Translations under genes and position numbers: made by a program
The notes under the pieces: model-generated
Seen by the model: the letters and a program-made list of their open reading frames with translations, nothing else
Databases searched by the model: none
What the model was told of the DNA's origin: nothing
Shown: positions 30,775 to 40,196 of the stretch, piece by piece
Numbering within the stretch: position 1 is the first letter of the stretch
Layout: each line of letters begins with the position of its first letter
Assembly (NCBI GenBank): GCA_964225545.1
Contig: CAXQPB010000198.1
Span: 39,452-103,451 of the forward strand
From: Nitrosopumilus sp.
Lineage (GTDB): Bacteria > Desulfobacterota > Binatia > UBA1149 > SPBQ01
Length of the DNA stretch: 64,000 bases
Direction: 5' to 3'

Positions 30775-31563
30775 CTAATCTCCCTTTTTGCTGTTCTCGT
30801 GAGTTGCGTTGATCGCCGCGTCGAGAAACGCGGGACGCTCACCGCCGCCGTGCAGCAGCAGGTCCGCGCCGCTGACATAGGACGCCAGCGGTGAGGCCAG
30901 AAACAGACATGCGTCGCCGACGTCGTCAGGCTCGGCGAGCCGCCCGAGTGGAACGGTCGCCGAGACAGCGGCGATTCCGTCGTCGTCGCCGTAATGCAGG
31001 TGGGCCTGCTCGGTCTTCACCATTCCCGCCGTGACCGCGGTGACGCGCACCTTGGGCGCCCATTCGACCGCGAGGCTCTGCGTGAGGCTCAGCAGACCGG
31101 CCTTCGCGGCGCCGTATGCAGCCGTCCCCGGCGATGGCCTCACCGCGCTGACGCTCGCGATATTGATTATGACGCCGCCGCTTTCCTGTGACTGCATGAC
31201 CGCATTGGCCCGCTGCGCGAAGGTGAGCGGCGCGATCAGATTGAGCTGGATGATCTTCTCCGAGAAGCGCGGTGAAGCCGTTGCGGCTTCGGCAAACGGC
31301 GCTCCACCGGCATTGTTGACCAGCACGTCGAGTCGCCCGTGGCGTTCGACGGTAGCTTTGACCACAGCGGCGACCTGCTCGGGGTCTCGTACGTCGGCGG
31401 CCACGAAGGACGCGCGGCGGTTCGCGACAGCCGGAAGCTCGTCGGGTTCGTGGCGGCCGCAGATCACCACATCGGCGCCGTGTTCGAGAAAGCGGCGCGT
31501 GATACCGCGGCCGACGCCGCGCGCGCCGCCCGTAACGACGACGGCTTTGCCTGAAAAATCCAT
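30775..31563 (-). CDS. Mirror copy of SDR (2578..3366)
   Basis: Identical translation. Confidence 0.75.
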   Translation of the reverse strand: MDFSGKAVVVTGGARGVGRGITRRFLEHGADVVICGRHEPDELPAVANRRASFVAADVRDPEQVAAVVKATVERHGRLDVLVNNAGGAPFAEAATASPRFSEKIIQLNLIAPLTFAQRANAVMQSQESGGVIINIASVSAVRPSPGTAAYGAAKAGLLSLTQSLAVEWAPKVRVTAVTAGMVKTEQAHLHYGDDDGIAAVSATVPLGRLAEPDDVGDACLFLASPLASYVSGADLLLHGGGERPAFLDAAINATHENSKKGD

Positions 31564-31777
31564 GGGGTCGGAGGATCGCATCGGGGGTCGACCGCTTTGA
31601 CGGTCGGCGACGGAGCATAGGTGCCAGGCGACGTGGTCGCAACTGCCCGCCATGCAGACTGTCCTGTCCCCGTCCAGTCCCTGTCCTCTCGCTGCCTTGC
31701 CGCTGCCTCGTCGAGCGCGTATCGCAACCGGGCACGCAGGGGCCGTTCCGGCGAGCACAACCCGAGGAGGAACGATC

Positions 31778-32626
31778 ATGCTGGATCGCGATACGATCAT
31801 GTTGGAAGGAAGCACTGCCGTCGTCACCGGCGCCGGTGCCGGGATCGGGCGTGCGGTCGCCGAGAGCCTCGCCGCGCATGGTGCCTCGGTCGCCGTTGTA
31901 GACAGCGTTCCGCAACGCTCCGCCGAGGTCGCGCGCGCGATCGAAGAGCGCGGGGGCAGGGCGCTCGACGCTCCCGCGGACGTACGTGAGCGCGAAGACG
32001 TCGATCGTCTCCGTGATCGCGTCCTCGCCGAGCTCGGCGCGCCCGATATTCTGGTCAACAATGTCGGCCATTATCTCTCGGCGGGCCGCTTCGTCGATTC
32101 CCGCCACGAGGACTGGGACGCTCTGTATCGGGTGAACCTGGATCACGTCCTGACCTGCACGCACGCGTTGCTGCCTGCGATGATCGATGCCGGTCGCGGC
32201 GGCAGCATCGTCAACGTGACTACGATCGAGGCGTTTCGCGGTATACCGGGCTGCGCCGTCTACTCGGCTTTCAAGTCGGCGATCACCGGTTTCACCCGCA
32301 GCCTGGCGCTCGAGCTCGGCCCCGAGGGGATTCGTGTCAACGCGGTGGCTCCCGAGACGACCGAAACCGAGCAGGTACAGCCCAGCCGCTGGATCCCCGC
32401 CGAGCATCGTGACCGGGAACCGTACTGGATCCCCGCAGGCCGCTTCGGTCGCCCCGACGACATCGCCGGCAGCGTGCTGTTCCTCGCTTCAAAGCTTTCG
32501 GCCTGGGTGACCGGAACAACGGTCCACGTCGACGGGGGTGCGCTTGCCGCAGGGGGATTCTATCGGGTGCCCGGTGGCGGCTGGACCAACACGCCGATTG
32601 TTACAGGCTCGGGCATTCCGGGCTGA
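31778..32626 (+). CDS. Mirror copy of SDR (1515..2363)
   Basis: Identical translation. Confidence 0.75.
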   Translation: MLDRDTIMLEGSTAVVTGAGAGIGRAVAESLAAHGASVAVVDSVPQRSAEVARAIEERGGRALDAPADVREREDVDRLRDRVLAELGAPDILVNNVGHYLSAGRFVDSRHEDWDALYRVNLDHVLTCTHALLPAMIDAGRGGSIVNVTTIEAFRGIPGCAVYSAFKSAITGFTRSLALELGPEGIRVNAVAPETTETEQVQPSRWIPAEHRDREPYWIPAGRFGRPDDIAGSVLFLASKLSAWVTGTTVHVDGGALAAGGFYRVPGGGWTNTPIVTGSGIPG

Positions 32627-32649
32627 GCGGGCTATACGGGTTGTAGGGG

Positions 32650-34071
32650 CTAGCGTGACAGCGCGCGGCCGACGTCCGGGATGGACGCCTTCACGCGAAT
32701 CTCGAAGGCGGAAAGCTCGGCGAGCATCTCGTCTGTGCGTTTCGGCGCCTCGTCGGCAAGGTTGTCGAGCTCGCCTGGGTCGTTGACGATGTCGTAGAGC
32801 TCGACACTCTCCGCGCTCTGGAAACCGCCCGGCGGAACCGAAAGCCGCGCGTCACGCGGTGTACCGGCCGTCGTGTGGATCAGTTTCCAGCGTCCACGCG
32901 AGACAGAGAAGGGGTAGTTCGCCCGCGCGCCGAACCCGAACAGTGAGCGTTCGGCATCGATTCTTCCGCCGGCCAGCGCGACCGCCAGGCTGCGTCCGTC
33001 GAAGGCCTGCGGCGATGCTTCGAGACCGAGCAGCTCGACCAGCGTCGGGACGACGTCGATGGTTCCCACCGGCTCGCGGACGACCGCCCCCTCGGGCAGG
33101 CTGCCGGGCAGGGCGAAGAGCAGGGGGACGCGGACGGTCGAGTCGTAAATGAACCAACCGTGCTGGAGGTACTCGCGATGCCCCGTCAGGCTCTCGCCGT
33201 GGTCGGCGCTCAATACGACGAGCGTGCGGCGATGCAGCCGGCGTTCGCGCAGCGCCCGCATCAGCCGGCCGAGATGGTGATCGGTGTAGCGAATCTCCCC
33301 GTCGTATCGGCGCACATAATAGGAAAGCCGGTCGTGATCGTCGATCTGCTGGTAGCGCGGAATGACTCCGAGTCCGTAGTTGCCGATGGCGAGCCGTACC
33401 GCGGCGTCCTCGCCGAACCGACCGTCGGGATACTCGAAATCCTTGCTCCAATCCGGACCCGCGGATGTGAACGGGCCGTGCGGGTCCATCAGGTGCAGCC
33501 AGAGGAACCACGGGCGGCCGGCGTCGGCGGCGTCGGTTTCGCGTCCTTCGATCCACTCGATCGCGCGCGACACTCCCACCTCGTCGGATGCCTCCTCGGC
33601 GTTCTCGGTCCAGAAACCATGGAAGGAGTCGAAGCCCTGCGCGAAACCGAACCTGGCAGCCAGCAGACGATTGCCGACCAGCGCACCCGTCCGGTAGCCC
33701 GCGCGTGATGCGAGCTCGGCGATGGTGGTCGCCTCCGGCGAGAGCGGGACGACGTTGTGCCACGCGCCGTGGCGGTCGGCGTATCGCCCGGTGAGCAGCG
33801 AGGCGGTTCCGGGAGCGGTCTCCGACGCGGGCGACAGTGCGCGCTCGAAACGGACTCCTGTCGCCGCGAGCTCATCGATCATCGGGCTGGTCGGTTGGTC
33901 GTAGCCCCATGCACCGAGATGATCGGCTCGCAGCGTGTCGATCGAGACGATCAACAGGTTCGGCGGGTTGCCCTCCGGCGTTCTGAGCGGCAGCTCAGCG
34001 CTGTCGCGCGAACAGCCGCCGAGGGTCAGCGTGGTCAGGAAGGTCAGCAGGGGGAGCATGCGAGGCATCAT
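32650..34071 (-). CDS. Mirror copy of the sulfatase-like lipoprotein (70..1491)
   Basis: Identical translation. The 706-aa ORF 32650..34770 is this gene plus a spurious upstream in-frame extension; the real start is MMPRMLPLL (signal peptide + lipobox). Confidence 0.7.
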   Translation of the reverse strand: MMPRMLPLLTFLTTLTLGGCSRDSAELPLRTPEGNPPNLLIVSIDTLRADHLGAWGYDQPTSPMIDELAATGVRFERALSPASETAPGTASLLTGRYADRHGAWHNVVPLSPEATTIAELASRAGYRTGALVGNRLLAARFGFAQGFDSFHGFWTENAEEASDEVGVSRAIEWIEGRETDAADAGRPWFLWLHLMDPHGPFTSAGPDWSKDFEYPDGRFGEDAAVRLAIGNYGLGVIPRYQQIDDHDRLSYYVRRYDGEIRYTDHHLGRLMRALRERRLHRRTLVVLSADHGESLTGHREYLQHGWFIYDSTVRVPLLFALPGSLPEGAVVREPVGTIDVVPTLVELLGLEASPQAFDGRSLAVALAGGRIDAERSLFGFGARANYPFSVSRGRWKLIHTTAGTPRDARLSVPPGGFQSAESVELYDIVNDPGELDNLADEAPKRTDEMLAELSAFEIRVKASIPDVGRALSR

Positions 34072-34214
34072 GTTCCTGCCCGGCAGTGCGAACCGGCCCG
34101 TCGCCTTCGAGTGGCTTCCGGCCCCGGCGGCCCGTGGTGACGGTTCGCACCGCGCTGCCGGCGGTTCCGCGCTGTACCCCGCGCAGGCCCCTCGGCTGTC
34201 GTCCGGCGAGAGGA

Positions 34215-35366
34215 TCAAAGACCCGCACTGCGCGCGACGAGCTCGCGATGGTAGGCCGGCGTCCCGAACAGCTGCTCTCCGGCTCGCGCGCGCTTGAAGT
34301 GCATATGGACGTCGTACTCCCAGGTGAAGCCGACCCCACCGTGAATCTGGATCGCCTCGGCCGCACAGCGGAAGTAGGCCTCCGAGCAGTATGCCTTGGC
34401 GAGCGACGCCAGCACGGAAAGCTCTGCATCGTTCACGGATGCGGCGTATCCGGCGTAGTAAGCGGCTGAGCGTGCCGACTCGACCAGCAGGAACATGTCG
34501 GCGCACTTGTGCTTGATCGCCTGAAACGACCCGATCTTGCGTCCGAACTGAACCCGCTCGCCGGCGTAGTCGACCGTCAGATCGAGACACCGCTGGGCGC
34601 CGCCGACCTGCTCGGCCGCCAGCGCGATGACCGCGAGCTGGAGTGTGCGCTCGAGCCCCTCCCAGGCTCCCCCCTCGTCGCCCACCAGAGCGGTCGCGGG
34701 AAGCCGCACTCCGTCCAGCCCGATCTGTGACTGTCGACGGGTCTGGTCCATCGTCGTCAGCGGCTCGCACCGAAGCTCGGGGGTGTCTGCCGGCACCGCG
34801 AACAGGCTGACGCCTTCGCGGTCGCTCGAGCCCGGTGCTCGCGCCGCGATCAGAAACAGATCGGCGAGCTGGCCGTCGGTCACGTACTTCTTAGTGCCTG
34901 CGAGCACGAAGCTGTCGCCCTCGCGCGTGGCGGTTGCCGCCACGCCTCCAGCCGTCCAGGTCTTCTCCCAGCCTGTGTCCGGCTCGGCCAGCGCGAGTGT
35001 GGCAATCGACTCGCCGGATGCGATCCCCGGCAGCAGCGCGGACTGCTGTCGGCTATCGCCGGAGCTCAGCAGCGCCTGCGCCGCGAGGCACGCGGTGGAA
35101 AACAGCGGCGCGCAGAGCAGGGCGGCTCCGGTCTCTTCCAGCAACGCGACGAGCTCGACGTAGCCCATGCCGATGCCGCCATGCTCCTCAGGAATGATGA
35201 TCGAGGCCCAGCCGAGCTCGGTAGAGATCCGCTTCCACAGATCCGGGTCGAAGCCGGAGTCGCTCTCCATCGCCGCCCGCACCGAATCGGCCGATGCGTG
35301 ATCGTCGAGGAACGTGCGAGCGCTTCTGCGCAGCTCTTCCTGTTCTTCGTTGAAGGAGAAATCCAT
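34215..35366 (-). CDS. Acyl-CoA dehydrogenase (ACAD) family protein
   Basis: 383 aa. ACAD N-terminal helical domain and C-terminal ...IQIHGGVGFTWEYDVHMHFKRARAGEQLFGT block. Confidence 0.75.
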   Translation of the reverse strand: MDFSFNEEQEELRRSARTFLDDHASADSVRAAMESDSGFDPDLWKRISTELGWASIIIPEEHGGIGMGYVELVALLEETGAALLCAPLFSTACLAAQALLSSGDSRQQSALLPGIASGESIATLALAEPDTGWEKTWTAGGVAATATREGDSFVLAGTKKYVTDGQLADLFLIAARAPGSSDREGVSLFAVPADTPELRCEPLTTMDQTRRQSQIGLDGVRLPATALVGDEGGAWEGLERTLQLAVIALAAEQVGGAQRCLDLTVDYAGERVQFGRKIGSFQAIKHKCADMFLLVESARSAAYYAGYAASVNDAELSVLASLAKAYCSEAYFRCAAEAIQIHGGVGFTWEYDVHMHFKRARAGEQLFGTPAYHRELVARSAGL

Positions 35367-35382
35367 GCACGGGCTCCCGCTG

Positions 35383-36288
35383 TCAGGTTCCGTAGACTTT
35401 CTGCGGCTCGATCGCCTCGCCGAGGATCTTCTCGATCGCGCCTCCGACCTCGGCCGGTTCCCAGCGTCTTCCGCAATCGACCGCCGGGCCTTCGCGCCAG
35501 CCGTCCGCGACGCTGATCTTGCCGCCGGCGATCTCGAAGATCCGGCCGGTCACGTCTCGCGAAGCGCTGCTGCCGAGCCACACGACCAGCGGGGAGACGT
35601 TGCCCGGGTGCATCGCATCAAAACCGCTGTCCGGTTTCTTCATCATGTCGGCGAACACGCCTTCGGTCATGCGCGTTCGGGCCGAGGGCGCGATGGCGTT
35701 CGAGGTCACCCCGTAGCGACGCAGCTCGGCGGCCTGAACCAGCGTCAGTGTGGCGATGCCGCCCTTGGCAGCCGAATAGGCGCTTTGCCCGACGCTTCCC
35801 TGAAGCCCTGCACCCGAGCTGGTATTGATGATTCGGGCATCGACATCCGCGCCTTCCTTCGAGCGGTTGCGCCAGTAAGCGCAGGCCTGGTTGGAGACCG
35901 CGAAGTGTCCCTTGAGGTGAACGCGAATCACCGCGTCCCATTCGTCCTCGGCGCAACTGACAAACATCCGTTCGCGCACGAAGCCGGAATTGTTGACGAC
36001 TACGTCGAGACCGCCGAAGGCCTCGATCGCTGCGCCGACGAGCTCCCCGGCCTGCGCGAAATCGGCTATGTCGGCGCCGTTGGCGATCGCTTCGCCGCCG
36101 GCATTGCGGATCTCCTCGACGACCTCACCGGCCGGGCCGGTGCCGCCGCCGCTGCCGTCGAGTTCACACCCGAGATCGTTGACGATCACGCGCGCTCCCT
36201 CGGCAGCGAACGCGAGCGCGTGCTCCTTGCCTATGCCGCGCCCGGCGCCGGTGACAATGACGACTCTTCCTTCGCATATTCCAGACAT
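35383..36288 (-). CDS. SDR, hydroxyacyl-CoA dehydrogenase / MFE-2 N-terminal-like
   Basis: Start MSGICEGRVVIVTGAGRGIGKEHA. NNSG and YSAAK motifs. Gly-rich insertion resembles 17beta-HSD4-type SDRs. The longer ORF 35383..36561 is a spurious upstream extension. Confidence 0.7.
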   Translation of the reverse strand: MSGICEGRVVIVTGAGRGIGKEHALAFAAEGARVIVNDLGCELDGSGGGTGPAGEVVEEIRNAGGEAIANGADIADFAQAGELVGAAIEAFGGLDVVVNNSGFVRERMFVSCAEDEWDAVIRVHLKGHFAVSNQACAYWRNRSKEGADVDARIINTSSGAGLQGSVGQSAYSAAKGGIATLTLVQAAELRRYGVTSNAIAPSARTRMTEGVFADMMKKPDSGFDAMHPGNVSPLVVWLGSSASRDVTGRIFEIAGGKISVADGWREGPAVDCGRRWEPAEVGGAIEKILGEAIEPQKVYGT

Positions 36289-36489
36289 TCGAGATGAGAC
36301 TCCGCTCTGTTCGTGGATTTTTCGGCCCGTGAACCCCGCCGGCCTCACGCTCCCTGCGATATCGGGCACGCAGACATGGAGGGGGGGAGGAAACCTGAGG
36401 CGACAATCGAATTTACACGGGGGAATAATGCAAGCGACCCCCTGAGCCTGAGCCCGCAGATGGCCTGCCCGGCACGGCGGCGTTGACTC

Positions 36490-36522
36490 CGGACCGCGTT
36501 GTCGAGGCGGCAACGCGGTCCG
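36490..36522 (+). promoter_or_regulatory. Perfect 12-bp inverted repeat CGGACCGCGTTG-N9-CAACGCGGTCCG about 50 nt upstream of the Ser/Thr kinase start
   Basis: Seen directly in the 285-nt divergent intergenic region between the SDR and the kinase. Confidence 0.3.
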
Positions 36523-36574
36523 AATCGGGTGGCCGTTCCAACGCTGCCCGGATACACTCACCGCGGAGATCCGA

Positions 36575-37552
36575 ATGGCACGCTTTCCCGAACCGCCGAA
36601 AGACGACTACGCGCTCGTATACCTGTCCGATACCGATCAGCCGCTTCCCGAGAGTATCAACCCGGGCACGCGCTACGCATACTTCAAGACGATCGCGCGC
36701 GGCGGAAAGTGCATTATCCAGTCCTGCAAGGATCTGCTCCTTTCACGGACGATCTGTTACAAATCGCTGCGGCCGGAGCTGGCTGACGACGCGGTCGAGC
36801 AGCAGCGTTTTCTGCGCGAGGCGCGAGTGACCTCGATGCTCCAGCACCCGAACACGGTGCCGGTCTACGAGCTCGGTCGTGACTCGCGGAAGCATTACTA
36901 TTTCACGATGAAGCTCGTGCACGGGTACACGCTGCGCGAGGTCCTCGACTACCGTGATCGCTATGACCTGACGCAGTTGATCGACGTCGTGATTCAGGTC
37001 GCGCACGCCCTCGAATTCGCCCACGGCCACCGGGTCGCACACCGTGACATCAAGCCGGAGAATATTCTCGTCGGCCCTTTCGGTGAGGTCCTGCTGCTGG
37101 ACTGGGGGCTGGCAAAGGTCTGGAACTCCGACGGATCGGCGGGCGATGAGCAGGAGGGCCGCGACGGAGGGCCTGGCGGAGCGGGCGGTATGTTGCAGAA
37201 ACCGAGCAGCCTGACCGGGCAGAGCAAGCTGCAGGGCACGATCAGCTACATGTCTCCCGAGCAGATTCTCGAAGACCCGGAGATCGACTACCGAACCGAT
37301 CTCTACAGTATCGGTGTGGTGCTCTACGAGATCCTCGGCGGGCGGCCGCCGGCGGTGGGCGAGACGGTTCGCGAGGTCATGGAGCAGATCCTCGAAGGCA
37401 AGCCGGCTCCGCCGTCGACCCATACATCCGTAAAGATCCCTGCGCTGCTCGAGGCGGTTACGATGCGCTGCATCGCGAGCGACCGGGCGGACCGGCTGCA
37501 GTCGGCGGGCGATCTGGTGCGCCAGCTTCAGGAAGACTGGCTGCACAGCTGA
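36575..37552 (+). CDS. Serine/threonine protein kinase (Hanks-type)
   Basis: HRDIKPENILV catalytic loop, DWGLAK (DFG-equivalent) and SPEQ (APE-like) motifs. 325 aa, kinase domain only. Confidence 0.8.
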   Translation: MARFPEPPKDDYALVYLSDTDQPLPESINPGTRYAYFKTIARGGKCIIQSCKDLLLSRTICYKSLRPELADDAVEQQRFLREARVTSMLQHPNTVPVYELGRDSRKHYYFTMKLVHGYTLREVLDYRDRYDLTQLIDVVIQVAHALEFAHGHRVAHRDIKPENILVGPFGEVLLLDWGLAKVWNSDGSAGDEQEGRDGGPGGAGGMLQKPSSLTGQSKLQGTISYMSPEQILEDPEIDYRTDLYSIGVVLYEILGGRPPAVGETVREVMEQILEGKPAPPSTHTSVKIPALLEAVTMRCIASDRADRLQSAGDLVRQLQEDWLHS

Positions 37553-37713
37553 CCGCGGCAGCTGCGACGCCGCGCCCCTGCTCCCCTGCAGACCCGCCTG
37601 GCTTTCTGCCTGTCTGGCAGGCAGCAGCTTCTCCGGTTTGACTGCGGATTGGGCACTTGGAAATGTCTGCCGTCCCCCACCGCGGCCTCCCGGGCCCGGG
37701 CGGTGCTGTGACA

Positions 37714-37737
37714 AACCCCTTTGTGAAACAAAGGGTT
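37714..37737 (+). promoter_or_regulatory. Inverted repeat AACCCCTTTGT-gaa-ACAAAGGGTT about 145 nt upstream of glnII
   Basis: Seen directly. Adjacent sequence TGTGACAAAC...TTTGTGAAACAAAG. Confidence 0.25.
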
Positions 37738-37880
37738 AGAGGGGGCGAAGAAAAAGATTCGCTGACCGGCGCGGATGGGTGTGCATCGGCGCAGGCGGGG
37801 AATAATTATTGCTTGAACGAATGGATGGACGCGGCTGATCGGCCGCGAAAGCGATCCGTGCCTGGAGGACACACGTAGCA

Positions 37881-38891
37881 ATGAAAACGAAGTTGGAATA
37901 CATCTGGCTCGACGGTTACAAGCCGACGCAGAGCCTTCGCAGTAAGACGCGCGTCGAGTCGGATTTCGGTGGCACCCTCGAGGAATGCCCCATGTGGTCT
38001 TTCGACTGCAGCTCGACAGAGCAGGCCGATGGCAGCGACTCTGATTGTCTGCTCAAGCCTGTGGCCTGCTTCCCCGACCCGGGCCGCAAGAACGCTTACC
38101 TGGTCATGACCGAAGTGCTCAACGCCGACGGTACGCCGCACGAGTCGAACGGGCGCGCGACGATCAATGACGACGATGAGGACTTCTGGTTCGGTTTCGA
38201 GCTGGAGTTCTTCCTGTGGGATCCGAGCACGGACCTGCCTGCCGGGTTCCCGCGTGCGGGCTACCCGCGACCTCAGGGCCCTTACTACTGCTCGGTCGGT
38301 GCCAACAACGCCTACGGACGCGGCTGCATCGAGGAGCACCTCGACGCCTGCCTCGAAGCCGGCATCAATGTCGAGGGCATCAACGCGGAGGTTGCCGCCG
38401 GACAGTGGGAGTTCCAGGTATTCGCCAAGGGCGCCAAGCGCGCCGGCGATGAGACCTGGGTGGCCCGCTATCTGCTCGAGCGCATCGCCGAGGAGCACGG
38501 CTACGCAGTGGAGTGGCACCCGAAGCCTCTCGGAAACACCGACTGGAACGGTTCGGGCATGCACGCGAACTTCTCCAACGGCGCCATGCGCGAAGCCGGA
38601 ACGCCGGATGTGTTCACGAAGATCTGCGAGGAGTTCGGCAAGAATATCCAGCGGCATATCGACGTGTACGGCGCGCACAACGAGCAGAGACTGACCGGCG
38701 CGCACGAGACGCAGTCAATCGACCAGTTCAGCTTCGGCGTTTCCGACCGCGGTGCTTCGATCCGCATCCCGGTCGCCACCGTCGATGAAGGCTGGAAGGG
38801 GCGTCTGGAGGATCGCCGCCCGGCGTCCAACTCGGACCCCTACAAGGTCGCTGCGGCCATCATCAAGACCACCAAAGAAGCCGGATACTGA
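37881..38891 (+). CDS. glnII: Glutamine synthetase type II (eukaryote-like GSII)
   Basis: 336 aa. GSII pattern: YIWLDG N-terminus, FGFELEFFL, GPYYCSVGANNAYGR, INAEVAAGQWEFQV, NGSGMHANFS, SIRIPV. Confidence 0.8.
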   Translation: MKTKLEYIWLDGYKPTQSLRSKTRVESDFGGTLEECPMWSFDCSSTEQADGSDSDCLLKPVACFPDPGRKNAYLVMTEVLNADGTPHESNGRATINDDDEDFWFGFELEFFLWDPSTDLPAGFPRAGYPRPQGPYYCSVGANNAYGRGCIEEHLDACLEAGINVEGINAEVAAGQWEFQVFAKGAKRAGDETWVARYLLERIAEEHGYAVEWHPKPLGNTDWNGSGMHANFSNGAMREAGTPDVFTKICEEFGKNIQRHIDVYGAHNEQRLTGAHETQSIDQFSFGVSDRGASIRIPVATVDEGWKGRLEDRRPASNSDPYKVAAAIIKTTKEAGY

Positions 38892-38918
38892 TTCGGGCCT
38901 CTTTTCTGGCTACCCTTT

Positions 38919-38997
38919 CGTTGCTGTCTCCGGGCGTCCGTCGATGCGGCGGGCGACCCGGAGACGGTGCGATCGACAGCAACGGCTGAAGATTTTC
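38919..38997 (+). terminator. Putative intrinsic terminator after glnII
   Basis: Inverted repeat cgttgctgtc...gacagcaacg enclosing GTCTCCGGG/CCCGGAGAC, followed by a gattttcg T-run. Confidence 0.35.
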
Positions 38998-39071
38998 GCA
39001 GCCCTGGCTCACGCCTCGCGCAGTTCGAAGAGCGGCGTCCCGTCGCGCAGCTTGGCAGCACGCGACCGCTT

Positions 39072-40190
39072 ATGAACGCGTCACCGTTCAAGGACCCGGT
39101 AATCGTCCACGGCTCCGACTGCTCGTACTATACGGGCAAGATCGAGGCGTATCTGCGCGCGAAAGGCATCGACTACCGTCTGGAGATGTTCACGCCGCTG
39201 TCGATGCGGCGCTGTGTGAAGAACACGGGCGTCCGCCAGATCCCGCAGGTCGAGTGTCCGGACGGGACCTGGCTCCTCGATACCACGCCGACCATCGCCT
39301 ACCTCGAGAGCGTCTGTCCCGGGCCGAAGCTCTCCCCCGCCGACCCTGTCGTGCGGTTCGTTTCGTTGCTGCTCGAGGACTACGCGGACGAGTGGCTGTG
39401 GCGGCCGGCCATGCACTACCGTTGGTCGTACCGTTCCACGGCGAAGTTGATGAGCGCCTGGCTGGCGGAGCACCTCTCGACGATTCCCGCTCCCGCCGCG
39501 CTCAAGCGCGCCTACTGGCTGTATCGGCAGCCGACATGGTTCGTACGGCGTGACGGCGTCACCGCGAGCACGCGCGCTGCGACCGAGGCGTCGTATCTCG
39601 AAAGCCTGCAAGCGCTCGAGGCGATTTTCGAGATCCGCCCTTTCATTCTGGGAGAAATACCGACCGAGGCCGACTTCGGCTTCTTCGCGTCGATGTTCCG
39701 ACACTTCTTCTCCGACCCCGCGCCGGCGAGGATCATGCGATCGACTGCGCCGGGCGTGAACGAGTGGGTCGCGCGAATGTGGAACCTGCGTCCGGAGTTG
39801 CTCACGGACCAAGCGCCGCCGACCACTTTGCCCGAGCGGATCGAGCCGTTGCTCGAGGCGGTGGCGCACATCTATCTTCCCTACCTCGCTGCCAACGCGG
39901 ACGCGCACAACCGGGGGAGTAAAGAGGTCACGTATACGGTGCAGAACGTGCAGTGGCGTGAACCGGTCAAGCCTTACCGGGTCCGCTGCCTGGCGGAGCT
40001 TCACGGAGAGTTTGCGAAGCTGGACGAAGCCCGGCGTGCAGCCGTCGCGGACGCGCTCGCCGATCCTCGCGCTGTGCAAATCCTCGAAAGAGAGCCGCAT
40101 GCATCGACGCCCCCGCCGGCACCGACACTTCCGCTCCGGGCCGGCAGCCGGAACGGCCGTCCGCTCGACAGCTGGTGGCGCACGATCTGA
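39072..40190 (+). CDS. Glutathione S-transferase-like protein (thioredoxin-fold N-terminal domain)
   Basis: N-terminus PVIVHGSDCSYYTGKIEAYLRAKGIDY...IPQVECPDGTWLLDTTPTIAYLE resembles GST_N/glutaredoxin-like. About 372 aa. Assignment is moderate. Confidence 0.5.
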   Translation: MNASPFKDPVIVHGSDCSYYTGKIEAYLRAKGIDYRLEMFTPLSMRRCVKNTGVRQIPQVECPDGTWLLDTTPTIAYLESVCPGPKLSPADPVVRFVSLLLEDYADEWLWRPAMHYRWSYRSTAKLMSAWLAEHLSTIPAPAALKRAYWLYRQPTWFVRRDGVTASTRAATEASYLESLQALEAIFEIRPFILGEIPTEADFGFFASMFRHFFSDPAPARIMRSTAPGVNEWVARMWNLRPELLTDQAPPTTLPERIEPLLEAVAHIYLPYLAANADAHNRGSKEVTYTVQNVQWREPVKPYRVRCLAELHGEFAKLDEARRAAVADALADPRAVQILEREPHASTPPPAPTLPLRAGSRNGRPLDSWWRTI

Positions 40191-40196
40191 GTCGAG

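Larger units (their letters stand above)
1..34140. repeat. Perfect inverted repeat (palindrome): arm 1..17070 is the exact reverse complement of arm 17071..34140; centre between 17070 and 17071
   Basis: Every six-frame ORF in 1..17070 has an identical-translation partner at 34141-x on the opposite strand (e.g. 7081..9024 - and 25117..27060 +). Centre reads atgtaaactccgagtcttgccttggagtcg|cgactccaaggcaagactcggagtttacat with no unpaired loop. Left arm is cut by the window start. Confidence 0.95.

Noticed and set aside
1-34140. Palindrome as terminal inverted repeats of a composite transposon or IS
   Set aside because: The arms are 17 kb of metabolic and secreted-protein genes at 100% identity with zero spacer. 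No transposase, integrase or target-site duplication is visible.
32650-34770. 706-aa ORF that looks like a large fusion protein
   Set aside because: It is the sulfatase-like gene (mirror of 70..1491) plus an upstream in-frame stretch without a stop codon. The real start is the MMPRMLPLL signal peptide with lipobox, as in the left arm.
37560-37880. Sigma-54 (-24/-12) promoters upstream of glnII and upstream of the Cys-rich protein gene (TGGCAC-containing stretches at about 37640 and about 16535)
   Set aside because: GG and GC elements are 1-2 nt off the required spacing and the TTGC element is missing.
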